Assembly: GCF_001194135.2 (NCBI RefSeq)
Contig: NC_068985.1
Coordinates: forward strand, 122,253,052 to 122,317,051
Length of the DNA: 64,000 bases
From: Octopus bimaculoides
Taxonomy: Eukaryota
Direction: 5' to 3'
The notes under the pieces were generated by a model. It did not search any database. It saw only the letters and a list, made by a program, of their open reading frames with translations, and was not told where the DNA came from. The position numbers and the translations under genes are program-made. This document shows, one piece after another, positions 35,301 through 49,900 of the stretch; the stretch's first letter is position 1, and each line of letters begins with the position of its first letter.

Positions 35301-38300
35301 AAAGGGAGCTTGAAAAGAGTTCTCTACCCTTAGTGAGAAATATAAAAATTTCCCATTTTTCCATCATCAATAATTTAATGTCCACTTTTCCAATGCTTGC
35401 ATGGATCAGATGGAATTTGTTGGGGGAAGATTTTCTACGGTAGGATGCCCTTCATGTCGCCAACCCTCACTTGTTTCTAAGTACGGCAATAATTCCCCGT
35501 AGTCACATATTTTCACACAATATTGGAAGGATGCCATTTGCATAATCATGGCACTCATTAAAAACTTTCATATACTGTCAAGGCATTGTTCTATATATGC
35601 ATATATATATACATATCTTCAACAGCCTTTCTGTGTGTTACTAGTAGCACACATGCATATATATATCTTTAACAGCCTTCTTAAAGTTTCCACCTACAAA
35701 ATTCATTCACAAGGATCTAGTTGACTGGGAAGCTACTATTCAGTGGGACTGAATCCAAAACCCTGTGGTTAGGAAGCAAACTTCTTGACCACCCAGCCAT
35801 GCCCTTCTCTGTGAAGATCAAAATAAAATTTCTTGCAAGGAAACAATGAAGTGATGTTGAAATTGGCACCTTTTTTAAAATATTGGATTGATATTTGTTT
35901 CTTTTACAGCTTTATATTCATGTTCAAAAATTAATATGGATGGTTTGAAGAATAGTTTTGTTTTATAGCCAGGTACCCCAGGATATAATCACAATGACTG
36001 TATTGTAATAGTAAGTTTTAAACTGTGTCCATGAGAATATACAAAGATTTTTCCTCTGAGACAGGAAGTCAAGTTCAAATGCTTTCTTTCATAAGCACCT
36101 GCTCTTCTTGAGAGAGAGAAAAAAAATGAGAATATGCATATGGTTTATATATGAATAACTGTACCGATGGTTGTATATTATGAATTTATGCCTGTATCCA
36201 TGTGTGCATTAGTCTAAGTAGAAAATATTAATAACACTCACCTCAAATATAGATACACATATACTAGGCTCAATACCACTTCTTTTTTGTATCTTCCATC
36301 ACCCTGCTCCTCTTCATCTACACTGTCTGAAATAGGAGATTAACTTACTCTCCAGTGAATTGCTAATCTCATTACACTAAGATATATTGAAATATATCAA
36401 CATTCCTGGTGCCTGTCACTTACACAAATTAATCCTTTTATTCAACTTAGTAACAGTTGAGGACAACTCAGATATAGCTTAACCCCAACTCAACATAACA
36501 GCCCAACAGATTTCAATTAAATCAATTTCAGCAGTTCAGGTCCAGTTCAATTGATCTTAATGGCCCAGCGCAGCCCAACTAATAGTAACAGCTCAATTCA
36601 GTCCAATTTATCTCAGTGGCTCAGCCTAGTCCAGATTAATTAATTTCAACAGCTCAGCTCAGGCTAACTGATCTCAATAGATCAGCCCAACCCAAACAAG
36701 ACATTATCATTAGAGTAATTAATACAAGACTGGCACTCAAAATCTAAATGAAATTTAAAACTTACTTGAACTTGGAGAATTAGCTGAACCATTGTTGCTA
36801 TTTGAAGTGGTATTGTTTGAACTGCAACTAGAAGTGGTGTTAGTTGTTGTGTTTGTGGTGCTTGTTGTGGTGTTAGTATTGTTGTTGGTGTTACTGTTGT
36901 TATTACTGTTATTATTGTTATTACTGCTTGGGGCTGTAGTTGGGATGCTGCAAGGAGGTCCAGGGCCCAGATCTAAAGATATGTCCCAGATAGGATCGAT
37001 TGTGGTGGAAACATTACTGAAAAGAAAAAGAAAATAATAAAAATGACATATTTAGCTACAGTAATATATTTTTTTTAATTAGGGGTTAAATACCAATAGA
37101 ATGTATATTACTAGCATTTCCGTGAAACAAAGAATAAGAGCCAGGAGTGTTTTTGAAATTTGAAACTGAATCAACAATTATGTCTGCTGCTACAAGCTTA
37201 TATCTTCTGGAAATGTTAAGCACCATGACAAATCACAAAAATAAAACAGTGTCTTCTATTCCATTACTCCACAAAACAATCAGTGGATTGGCAAAATTGT
37301 TAGACATTGGATAAAATGTCTTATTCAGCTCTTTGTATTTGGAGTTCACTTGTGACTTTTGGCATTCTCTTCGACAACACTGGTGGCATAGGGAAGGAAA
37401 GCTTGCAGCATAAGCAACTACTAGTCTGCCATAAAATACTTGGCCCAGGTTTGTATCCTGGAGAGAAAAGTTTTTCAAGTGCAGATATCTGGTCAACCTT
37501 CACCAATGAAGCCTTAATAGCAAGAAACCAATTTTCTTGTTAACTAAGTGTTGTTGACTCCAGATTTACAATGGGCCAACTAGTCCTACAATGGTAAGAG
37601 TGATAAGAGATCGCTTGTATAACTGATGGGAACAGTACCACAAGAAGCATCAGTTCATAAGTTTTCTTATTGAAAGATATACACACAGATATTACAGGTT
37701 TCAGGACAGTTTCTTCTAATCATATTTCACTCAAAAGGCATGAGCCAACCAAAGGCAATAATAGAATCCACAAGACCAATATATCATGCAGTGGGACTGA
37801 ACTCTGAACCATATGGTTTGAAACAAACTATTAATCACACAAACAAATCTACCACTAATTACATACCTGACTTTCCATGCTGCCCTGGCTTGGACAAGTT
37901 TTCTAAGGCAGTGTTTTACAACTGGATAACCTTCCTGTCATGAACTCTTTTTGTTGCTTCTTATGACATAAATGACAAGACATACCTATTCTGAAACCAG
38001 GATGCCATTAGTTTTGGGTGGATATCTTATTGGGATTTGAACTCAGAATGTAGAGAAACAAACCTAAATACTGCAATTCATTTAATAATAATCATCATTT
38101 AACGTCTGTTGTCCATGCTGGCACGAGTTGGATGGTTTGACAGGGCAGGCACGCTGCACCAGATTCCAGTCGGATTTGGCATGGTTTTCTATGGCTGGAT
38201 GTCCTTCCTAACACCAACCACTCCAAGAGTGTAATGGGTGCTCTTATATGCCACAACTGCGATTTTGCTTGGCTTGATGAGTCTTGTTCTCAAGTATGAC

Positions 38301-41300
38301 ATAATGCCAACGGTCTTGGTCATTGCCTCCATTAGGCCCAACATTCGAAAGGAACTCACCCACTTTGCCTCCGTGAGGCCTAATGTTCAAAAGATGTTCT
38401 TTACATGCCACCAGCATGAACGCACTTGGCTTGATGGGTCCTCTCAAGCACAGCACATCGCCAAAGGTCTCAGTCACCAGTCATTGCCTCTGTGAGGCTC
38501 AAAGTTCGAAGATCATGCTTCATGATTTCGTACCATGTCTTCCTGGGTCTACCACGGGTTCCCTCCACAGTTAGAGATCAGTACTTCTTTACACTGCTGT
38601 CCTTGTCCATATGCATCACACAACCATACTGGCACAGTCGTCTTTCTTGCACACCACATCTGATTCCTCTTATGCTTAACTTTTCTCACAAGATGCTTAC
38701 ACTCTGTTGAACATGCACATCCAGCAAAGCATACTGGTTTAATTTCTCTCAAGCCTACACATGTCCTTGGCCGTCATAGCCCATGTTTCACTGCCATCAA
38801 ACAATCTGTCTTTCACTCTGAGAGAGAGGCCCTTTGTCGCAAGCAGGGGTAGGAGCTCACTGAAATTTGCTCAGCCTAATCTTATTCTCACAGCTATGCT
38901 CTTGGAGCATCCACCTTCACTACTAACTTGGTCATCTAGATAATGGAAGCTATCTACTAGCTCTAGCTTGCTCCCCTGGCAGTTGATGGAGTCTATTTTC
39001 TGCACATTTTCAGTGTTCTTTGTACCTGTGCACCTTTCACATGCAAAAGTTAGTTTCTCTGTTACCCTTCCTCTGATGTTGCTGCACCTTTTATGTGTCC
39101 AAAGCTTACATTGGGTGCATCTTATGGAGTTTCTACACATTGAGCAGGGCCATCTACCTGAAGAGATTTGTGATTTGTCTGCTTTCCTACTTACTATGAC
39201 TATGGTTTTTGCTAGGTTAACCTTTAAGGCCTTTTGATTCTAGACCTTACTTCCATACCTTGAACTTCTTCTCTGGTTCAGGTAGTGATTCAACTATAAG
39301 AACAAGGTCATCAGCATATAGGAGCTCCCAGGAGCAGCCTATCTTGAATTCCTCTGTTATTGCCTGGAGGTCTATGATGAACAAGAGGGGAGCTGAGCAC
39401 TGATCCTTGGTGAACCCCTACTTGTACCCTGAATTCTTTGCTGTACTGGTTGCCTATCCTCACCTTACTGGTAGCGTCCCTTGTACAGCTCTCACCAACC
39501 ACTCGTCTATCCTTAGTTTCTGCACTGACCACCAGATAAGGAATCTGGGTTCTCTGTCAAAAGCTTTCTCCTAGTCAACAAAAGCCAAGTACAGAGGTTT
39601 ACCTTTGGCTCGGTATTTCTCCTCAAGTTGCCTTACCAGAAATATAGCATCAGTGGTGCTTCTACCTGGCACAAAAACAAACTGCTACCCAACTTAAGTA
39701 AATAAGTAAGGTTTTTCTCATTGACACAAGATCACAAGTTTGCAGGAGAGAAGCATAGTTACTTGAATCTATCCCAGTAAGTATCTGTTAATAATTCTAA
39801 TGAACAAGAAGGATGAAAGACAACTCCATTCGGTTTTGAATCTTGGACACAGAGATATGTAATTTAATAATGTATTTAACCCAGTATTCCATTAACTCTG
39901 CCAACATTACCAAAGGTTAAGAAAATAATAGTAACTTTGTGTAACAGAAACAATTGGCACAAGTTGCTTGAGCACTTGAAAAACTAATGTATTGCATTTG
40001 AGACCAATTAATTACAAATAAAACTGGTTTCTTCTTGTTAACTAAGATCTGCATTGGTCAAGGTTGATAACATGTCACTACCTGAAAAGTTTCCACTTGA
40101 AGATGCAAAATTGGACACATTTTTTTCTTTTATAGCAGGCTAGCATTGTCCATACTGCAGGCCTTTCCCTTCCATGCCACTTCGATGGCCAAGAGAAAAG
40201 CATGAGCTACTGAATGTTGTCACAAATGAACTCAAAACACAAAGAGCAAGAACAAATATTGCAAGGCATTCTGCTTGTTGCTCTCACAATTCTGGCATTT
40301 CTTGTTAAGTCCATCAGTAATATTTTCACTAAAACTTTGAATAAAAATGAACATCTTTTTTTCAAAATAATGAACAAAAATATTTTGCAGTAGCAGGCGA
40401 TAGGTATGTGAAGATGACATGCTCTCAGTATTTCATTGATTACTTACTCTCAATGAACATAATCTAACTATTGAAAACAATACTTCATACAAGTGATGTG
40501 CAGTTCAAACATGTATTTGCATAACTGTTAATATAGAAAAGATATCTAGAGAACATACTTGCACTCTTGACATGTAACATCTGACTGCAAACCACCCGTA
40601 AATATTTGATCGATGATACAGTTGCAGTGATGAGGATTGTTATAAGAGATACCATTGGTTCCTGTAAATAAGAATAAGAATGTTACAAGTTTATGGGAGA
40701 AAGGATTTAAGATAATTAAACAGACACTGTAACTAAGTATGATCTTGTCTTGGTCACAAGGATAAAATAACAATTACTAAACTATGATTCCTACAGAATC
40801 TAAGTCTTTTCGATATGATGGTGGATATTGTAGGCAGTTTTTTCTATAGGAGGAACTGAACTAAGCCCTGGGAGACAATGAGCTTTTGTGCTACCAGTCT
40901 GAAGTATACCACCTTCAACACTTAATTAGGGAGTATGTAGTCTGGAGTAAGGTCACACAACACAGTGATGGGAATGGGGAATGAGCCAGCAACTTTTAGC
41001 TGGTTGTTTAGCAATGCATCAACTTAGCAGTCTAAGGTTTACAGATATTTTAGTTATCATTTAAATTATCAACCCCCAGAGGGATGAAAGTGCAAATTGA
41101 TGCCAGTGGTAGTTGATCTCAGAATGAAGATGTATGAAATTAAATACTGTAATGCACCCCACTCTCCTAAAATGATAATGATTTCAAAAATAACAACACT
41201 TGCTTCTTGGAGATGTAGGATTCCGGATTTTTTTTAGTTTTAATGGATACCTTTAAAGTAAGAGCCGCTAATGTGTATATGTGACACAGTCATTGATTTA

Positions 41301-44300
41301 ATTCACATCAACTACTACTTCATCTTTTCAATATAATCATTAAATAGTATATACTTTAAATCAATAAACTTTTATTGTTTCTAACACATATTTGTTACAT
41401 CTACTTTGATCATTTCAGCATGTGTTACTTATACACACCAGTATCATGAAATAATTTAAGATAATATGTTCATCTGTTAAGAGGAAATTTGATTTGTTTA
41501 TGAAGTTTTTGCGAGTCAGACTCATACAGTGATTCATGAAAAATATACATGTTGAGAGGTTATAACAGAATCAAGAAAAGCATGAAAGTAAGGTGTACAT
41601 GTTTACCTTTACAGTGTCGATGTAAGACGTCTAATGCGGCTATGAGGAATTCATGGGCATCTTGCTGCTCATAGCCAGCAAGATGTCGAGCATTTGTCCA
41701 CACCAGATGTAACAGACGGTATGGGATGTGTGGTGCACGATTACCAGAATAAAACTGAAATACAGCAAAGGAATTAGAATAATAATCTTTTGCAATATTT
41801 ATTATTACAATACTTTCTAACATATAAAATAATAATGGCTTCAAATGTAGACACAAGCATAACTGTCTGGTTAAGAAGTTCACTTTGGAAACATGTAGTT
41901 TATATGTGTGACACCTTGGGCAAGTGTCTTCTACTAAAGCCACAGGCTGACCAATGCCGTGTGAGTGAATTTGGTAGCTGGAAATATGTGTGGAAGCCTG
42001 TTGTATATAATTGTGTGTGTGTGTGTTTTGTCCTTCCCAACTCCTCCACTTGACAACTGGAGCTGTTTGTTTATGTCCCTGTACCTTAATGGTCCAGCAA
42101 AAAAGTACTGGGGGTGATTTGTATAATTTAAAGACATTACTTCAGCACAGCCACAATGCAATGGCTGAAACGAGTCAAAATGTGTATAGGCATAAGACCA
42201 CACATTTTGACTGTGTTTTACTCAACCATATCAGGATGAAAAGCAAAATCAAAGTTAGGAGTATTGTAATTTAGAATATAAAAGGAAGCACGTGATGTTT
42301 TGTTTAGTGTTTAGTTACTCCAGCTATCCACAACTTTAATACAGGTAATTTCTTACATAGGTACAAGATTAGAAATTTGGGAGAGACTAGTAGATTAAAT
42401 CAACAGTAGTAGTTAATTGGTATCTATTTTATCAACCCCCGAAGGATAAAAGGCAATGTTGACCTAACAGGATTCGAACTCAAAACATAAAGAACTGGAA
42501 AAAATACTGCAAGGCATTTTTTCCCCCTGACACTAACAATTTTGCCAATCTGCTACCCTAATAATTGTTTTTAGCAATGGAACAAAGCCTGAAATTTGAG
42601 GCAGATTAATCTATTACACTGATTCCAGAACTTGTCCGGTGCTTTATTTTATTGACCCTAGAGGAATGAAAGGCAAAAATTGACCTCAGTGAGATTTAAA
42701 CTCAGAATGTAAAGAGCTGGGACAAATACTGCAAGGCATTTTTTCCAGTGCTGTAACAATTCTGCCAATCCATCACCCTAATAATATTCTTTGTAGAACA
42801 TTATCTCCATAATAGTCCAATAAAAAGACATGTTTTGTTAAATGTTCTATCTCTTTTAAAACTTGACTTTTACATCTATAACTCCATATCTCATGTTGGT
42901 CATAACTTCTCATGTACCATATATTTGAATGATAACATACCAAGTGATAAAATACATACAATGAATTGAAGTGAAAAAATAATAATTTCTTACATAGGAT
43001 TATCAGATTGTGTGATGATCATACCATTCTTGAGGATATTAGGAAATTAAAATCACATTATCTTTAGTTTTAAGGCAATACTTTCTTTTGTCTAAAGCAC
43101 ACAGCCAGTTTTTGTGGGCAGGGTTAACTGATCTTAAAGTGACTAACTGTTGCTTATTTTATTGCTTCTAGAAGGTCAAAAGGCAAAAACCAACATTGGC
43201 AGGACTAGGTATAAGTATTTGAGGAATAAATTAAAATACTGGAAAAAATATTAAGAAGGATATTTCAATGTGGGCAATATTAAATTATGACATCATCCAG
43301 AAGAGGGCCAAAACTAGGAAACTCTAAATATTATCTGAAATAAGCTTAGTTTTGTAAATCTAGGAGGAATTATCAGAGAATTGCTCTAAGCACAGGCAGG
43401 CTTGCATGGCCAGACAATTCACTTCATAACCATTGGGTCTCAGATTTGAGTTTGTTATGAGACACTTTAAGCTAGTGTCTTCTATCATACCCTTGGGTTA
43501 ACCAATGTCAAGCGGACGTTAAACGATGATGATGATGATGATGATACTGAAATTCAGTGTGCAGCTCTCTGGCTTGCCAACTCTGGTCGAACTGTCTAAC
43601 CCATGTCAACATGGAAAATGGATGTTAAAGGATGATGACAATGAAAACGTGTATGTAAACCACCTGTTGTGTATGTAAAGTAGTTGCTGTTAAATGGTTA
43701 CAGATCAAGTAGAAACAGTAAAAGGTTTAGTGAATCTTTTAGTCCAGTCAAAGACATGACAATTAATTTTTTGAGTATTGGTACCACAATAAAATACTTC
43801 AAGTACATTCTGTAAAGTGGTTGGTGTTAGGAAAGGGATCCAGCTGTTAAAACCATGCCACAAATGCAATGTCATGTTCTACAAACCAATCTAGGTGGGC
43901 AGTAAGTCCAAATAAAAACAAAAGACATGTACATATATATATATATATATAGATATAGATATATATATATAGTATGAAAGTGTGTATGTCTGCATATCTT
44001 AGGCAGTAGTGATATTGTTTATGTTATTCTTTAACAAAATGTCCTGCAGCATTTCAACATATAAAAATGCAGAATAAAATACCCTACTTGATAGACAGGA
44101 AGAGCATCCAACTGCAGAATACTGCCTCAATGAAGTTTTCCTCAAACTCATGTCAGTATTAAAGAAAAAAAAAAGCATATAAAAGCAAATTTGCCTTCAG
44201 CATAACACTGATATCCTATATTTTTTTTACAAAGCTACAATTTTGGAGAAATGATTTATAATGAATGAATTGACTTGAGGGTATATATGTCTCTTTTCTA

Positions 44301-46964
44301 GCAGAGTAAATGGCTATGTGGAAATTATGGTAGACTTTAAACAGAATTTAGAAAGATAAAACTACTGCTTGGAAAGCCACAACTACTTTTACATAGTATG
44401 GAAGAAATAACTAAGTGAATTAATACTTAATATGTACTGTATAATAGGTGCAGTTATGTCTGTGTGGTTAAGAAAGCCTACCTCTTCTATTGCCTCGGGC
44501 TGACTAATACCTTGTAAGTGGAATTAGAAAACAGAACCCAAACGGAAGCCCATCATGCACGAGCGTGTGTGTGTGTGTGTGTGTGTTTGTAATAATCTGT
44601 GCATGTCATCATTTGCTTTCTTTATATGAGGCCATCTGAGCAAAGAAAAGGTGCTGTCATGCATACATTGTTGATGCAGTTCTTGCTTTGAAAATGGAAT
44701 AAAAATCCTTTACTTGTAAGGGTTGGAGATAGGAAAAGTAACCAATCATAAAATACTGTCTCAAATAAGTACCATTTTTATGCCAGCATAGGAAAATGAA
44801 CATAAAATGAATGAAGGAATGAAAGAGTATTGGTACTTTTAAAACATCCCAAGCAGAACATGAATTCTGAATCAAGTAAGATAAAGCTAAATGTCAACTG
44901 TAATGCACTTAGTTCAATTCTGTATTGCTCTAGTCATCATTAATACCACTAACACCACCACAATCCCAAAATACTGGTTTCTTGGTAATCCGATTTTACA
45001 CACATTGACTGTGTACACTAAATGCTGGTCTCTAGTTGACATTTGTAATGTCCTCCAAATCAATGCCTGTAGCATGGTAAAATCTTCTACCCTCAACTTT
45101 TTTTTATCAAAGAAAACATAATTGATAAATAAGGATGTTTGTTGCATAGGGCCCTCTATGACACTGTTTCTTCATATGACCTCCTTTGAATCCCAGCACT
45201 CCATGAAAAAATCCTGGAGTTTTGCAACATAAGGGAAGTGTCTTGACAAAATTCAATAAAAATGTATTTTATGAAAAAAAATCGATTTACACCATTTTCA
45301 AAATAAGAAATTAGTAAAATTTCTTTTTATCCAGATAAATTCCTTCAAACTCAAACAATTTTTTTGTTTCATTTAATGTCAGAATAACAGTGGTTGTCCA
45401 GAGTGTCCAAACTCTTTTACAGAGTATCACAAACACTTTATTTTTATGATATATTTCCATACAGTTTTGTGTTTTAGGGAAAACTGTATAAGGGTTCCAC
45501 AACAAAATAAGCTTGGGAGCCATTGCTCTAATGTTTCTATTGAGAAGAGGTTTTCCCATAGGATCTGACCTCAGTTATGGGCTTTGCATAAAAAAACGAA
45601 AAAGAAAAGAAAGGAATGGGTGATTGTTTTTTAAGCTATGTATATTTGATTAAAATACTGAAAGGAAGGGACGTAATCAACAGAGTTAAATAACTTGTAA
45701 ATGAGAAAATGTTTAGTTGTAGATTAACTTGCCAGTTTTATACTACCTATTGTACAGCTTTATAGTAGAATAAAAGAAATTATCTTCTTCCAAAAACATC
45801 ACAATGTCAACGTCAGTATTTGAAAGCTGCAGCTGTCGAGTTAATGGATTAGCAAAATAAACCATTACCTCCTGGAAAAGACGAGACATTTCACACACCA
45901 GACATTTTTGAGCTTCACTATCCATTTGACAGACGTGCTGATCAGCTAGAAAAAAGTCCCTTAAAATTGGTGTGTGCGTCAGGGCTTGGACAATACAATT
46001 CATGAAACAAGTGTTTCCCAGGTTAATGAGACCTCGTAGACCTATAAAAAAAATTCCACAGAAGGAAATCTTAAAAGGATCATTATCATCAACATCAACA
46101 ACAAACAGTAAAAGCAAAAGAAAAAACACATTCCATAACCTATGAAGTTGGTAATCACTAATAATGTAGCCTACCTACAAGTTGTGGAAATACTTGTAGC
46201 TTCTTTGCATTTACCTTGCGGTTTTAATTAACTTCTCCAATCGGGTCTATGTCTTAAATTAGTTTCTGACACTCAGCTGTCATTGGCAAAGGGTAGGCAA
46301 ACATCTTGAAACCAGTAGCAGTCGACCAACAATCATGAATTTTATTACTTATTACAGAAATCACACCAGTACACAGCATCTATAAAAGAATTTTTTTTCT
46401 TTAGAACTGATTAAGACACATGACTACAATAACAGAATAATGTGGTCAGGTATCATCCACTGCTCCTCAATGAAAGAGCTAAGTATGGACTGAAGAGTTT
46501 TTTCCTTCATGTGATGTGGTAAGAGAGAAAACAGAAAATTATGACATTTAAGTTTTTCTCTCAAGAGTATTAATGCAATAAAATTCTGTAACTATTATGT
46601 CTTGGGGGAAAACAGTGAAGACTTTATCTTTGAGTTCTTATTCAAGGAAAGGTATGCAAGAGAAAGGCTTTCTGTTGGCCATGAGAAAATTTGAGTTCAA
46701 CGTTGCAATCTACTGAAACAGTGATTAATTGTTGTGCTTCCTATACAGTAGGAAACTACCTCCATATGGCGCCTCTTTACCACTAAATGGATCAGGGTGG
46801 TTAAAAGTTGAAGTGTCTTTGCCACAGACACAGTATAGTGCTGGCGACAGGAGATCAACTAACAAACCTTCAGCTGGCAGTCTATCCCCCCCCCATCAAA
46901 CTACTTAGCTGAATCTCTCATAATATTGCAATAAACAAAAATAAACTTCACTCATTAAACAAAA

Positions 46965-46996
<32 letters not shown>

Positions 46997-49900
46997 AGGA
47001 GCAAGGTGAGGAAGGTCAAATCAAAGAAAGGATGAAGATGGACAAAAGTGTGAAAGAAAATGATGAATGCAAAGGTTTAAATTTTGAAAGAAAAGGGAAA
47101 AAAATTAACCTTTCAACTTACCAATAGTAGAGTTGTCTTCTACTTTTAGCCTTTTTCTATTTTTGGAAAGTAAATCCACTTCACATTGGTCAGGTTCCCA
47201 CGGTGAAAATTGTTCTTTGATTCCTGAAATGATAAATTTTAGTTACTTTTGAATCTAAAAAGAATGTTTTTTTTTTTATTAGATAAAGGGATTAATATTG
47301 TACAAAAAGAGGTGCACAGTTGAGTGAATCAACAATACCAGCATATAATTGTTAATATTTTTATAATACTTTACCTTCATAAAAATGATGAAATGTAATG
47401 TCAACCCAGTTGGTATTTGAACTCATAAAACATCACACATACAATCTAAATGTTATCAAAATACAAATATACATTATCAGGCAATATGCTTTTGCAGAAT
47501 CATATAGTAAAGTGCTTATCATAATAATAATCCTTTATACCATAGGCACATGGTCTGAAAACTTTGGTGGGGTGAGGGTGAGTCAGTTACATTGATTCCA
47601 GTGCACAACTGGTACTTATTCTATTGATCCTAAAAAGAAGAAAGGTAAGGTATTTGAACTCAGAATGTAGAGCCAGAAGAAATTGTTTGGTGACTGCAAT
47701 AATTTGATTCTTACAGTACGACTTGTCTTTTCAATGAATTAATCCACAGCAAGCAGAGGAAACAGCTTTTGAATTTATTTCTTCCTATAGGAAATAAATA
47801 GCCACTGTAAAGACTTGAGTCATGAACTCTAAAGAATTAAGAACAAAATTGTTGAATTGCACAACAGTCAAAGTCTACATCATTGTTAATATCCACTTCC
47901 AAAAGATTAGGAATGCACAGACTCAAAGAGATAAGATGGATAGTTGATATAGAGTATGTGCATGTGTGTGTGTGTGTGTATATCATTATGATCATCATTA
48001 TTTTATGTTTGCTTTTCATGCTGGTAAGGATTGGATTGGTTGTTACTATGCTGATGAGTCAGAGGAACAGATACCTCACTTTTAAGTTTCATTTTTGCTT
48101 TGCTTTCTATAGTTACATGCCCTTCTTAACAACAAACACATTAATGAGTGTACTGCAAGTATTTTTTTGTGGCACCAGTATTAGGGAGATCGTTCCATCT
48201 CCAACAAAACTAAAGAGGTCCTTTTGATACCACTCTTAACAAAACGCACTGACTACATTTTATTATGGCACCAACACTAAAGATAGGGGTGAGGGTAATG
48301 ATGGGTAGTAAAAGATGAATAAATGTTGAGGGTCAATGAGGGAGTGTAAGGTGGAATGTATGGAGTGCATGCATACTTGATGAAGTCTCTTAAGCATGTG
48401 CCTTAAGATGGCTATGGGAACAAGACTAGCAAAAATGAAAGAGGAGATGGAGTGTTGGTGAAAGGGTCGGATAAATGCAGTGGCATCCTTAGTTAAACTG
48501 GAGGCATTGTATGATGAACAGAGAGAAAAGGGCTGGGTGAAATTGAGGGATAAGCAATAGGCGCACAAGAGATAAAGGTAAGGTGTTAGGAACACAGGTA
48601 ACAGCAGTATGAGTGATAGACATGTGACTGACAGTGATGTTTGATAAGAGAGAGGTGTGAGTGGGATGAGTGATGAGGGGCTGTGGAATGGTTATTAAAA
48701 GAGATGAGAGGCTATCAAAGAGATCCATGATGTAGATTTGACAGTATACATACATGTGTGTGTGTGTGTATGAGAAAAATACTGAGTGAAAATGTTTACC
48801 TAGTGAACAAGCTGATCTCCTGATCTGATCTTTGGCTAAGTCTTCTAATTCTTTATCATAAACATAGTCCCCACAAGGGGTACAATAGACAGCTCCATAG
48901 GAAAGGTCTACAGCTGAAAATAGAGAATGATAACAGTTAGAGTCATTCAGTTATTTCTATATAAAATCAAAGGATAGATCCCCCTTTTTAGTCAACAAAA
49001 CAATAACATTTAAAGTCAAAAGGAAAAAAAAAAAATAATAGGCAAAGTATCCAAGTTATGCATCAGTCTAATTTGTTGACACCATGCTACACTGTACAGT
49101 GTAATACAATGAGTAATCATATTGTCTCTGAGCCAACAAAAACCTTGCTCAAAACATTCCAAAGATCAAAATAAACAAAAGTAAATGGTTCAATGAAGAT
49201 TGAAATGAATTGGGTTAAGACACAGAAAGGTGAGAAAGGATGAAACAGTGCCTTACTCAAGGGATATAAACAAAGTTCAACTGAGAAGTTGAAACTTTAT
49301 CACCTTTACAACAACAATGTCAACAATAAATTTAATCAGAAGCAGAGAAATGAGTGGGATTCCCCCCCCCCCTCCTTGACTTGTAAACCTGTTATCCAAA
49401 ATTTAAGCAGTCAATGGCCAGCGAGTTGAAAGTTTTCTGACACCTGTATTGCAAATTTAAACTAACAAAATGAAACCAGATAATTAAAATTGTCTGACAT
49501 TTGTAACTTAATAAATGAATGAATGAATGAATGTGACACGAGGTGATATATTTGTTGTTGTTCTGGAAACAATTGTTAAACAAAAGAAATGAGGACACTG
49601 GAATTTTAAATTACAATTGAGTGAGAGGTACAACCACTGATTCATTAAGGTACTGGACCAATGGTGCTGATATCAAGATTTCAGAATCAACAATACCACT
49701 CTACTTACCTGACTAAAATCAACCAACTTTCATCCATTCTGTAAACAGTATGAAAAAAAAGTTTCCAGTTTCCAATAGCAACTTCTTTAAAGAGAAAGCT
49801 CAGTTGAATGTTAAAGAAATATATACAATAAAATAGCATTAATAAAAAATTTCAGAATGTTACCTAGGTTATGACTTTTGTTTTTTGCATGGTCATGGAT

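Noticed and set aside
36792-37037. Plus-strand 81-aa Leu/Val hydrophobic ORF
   Set aside because: It is the antisense reading of the Asn/Thr tract of USP22 exon 8.
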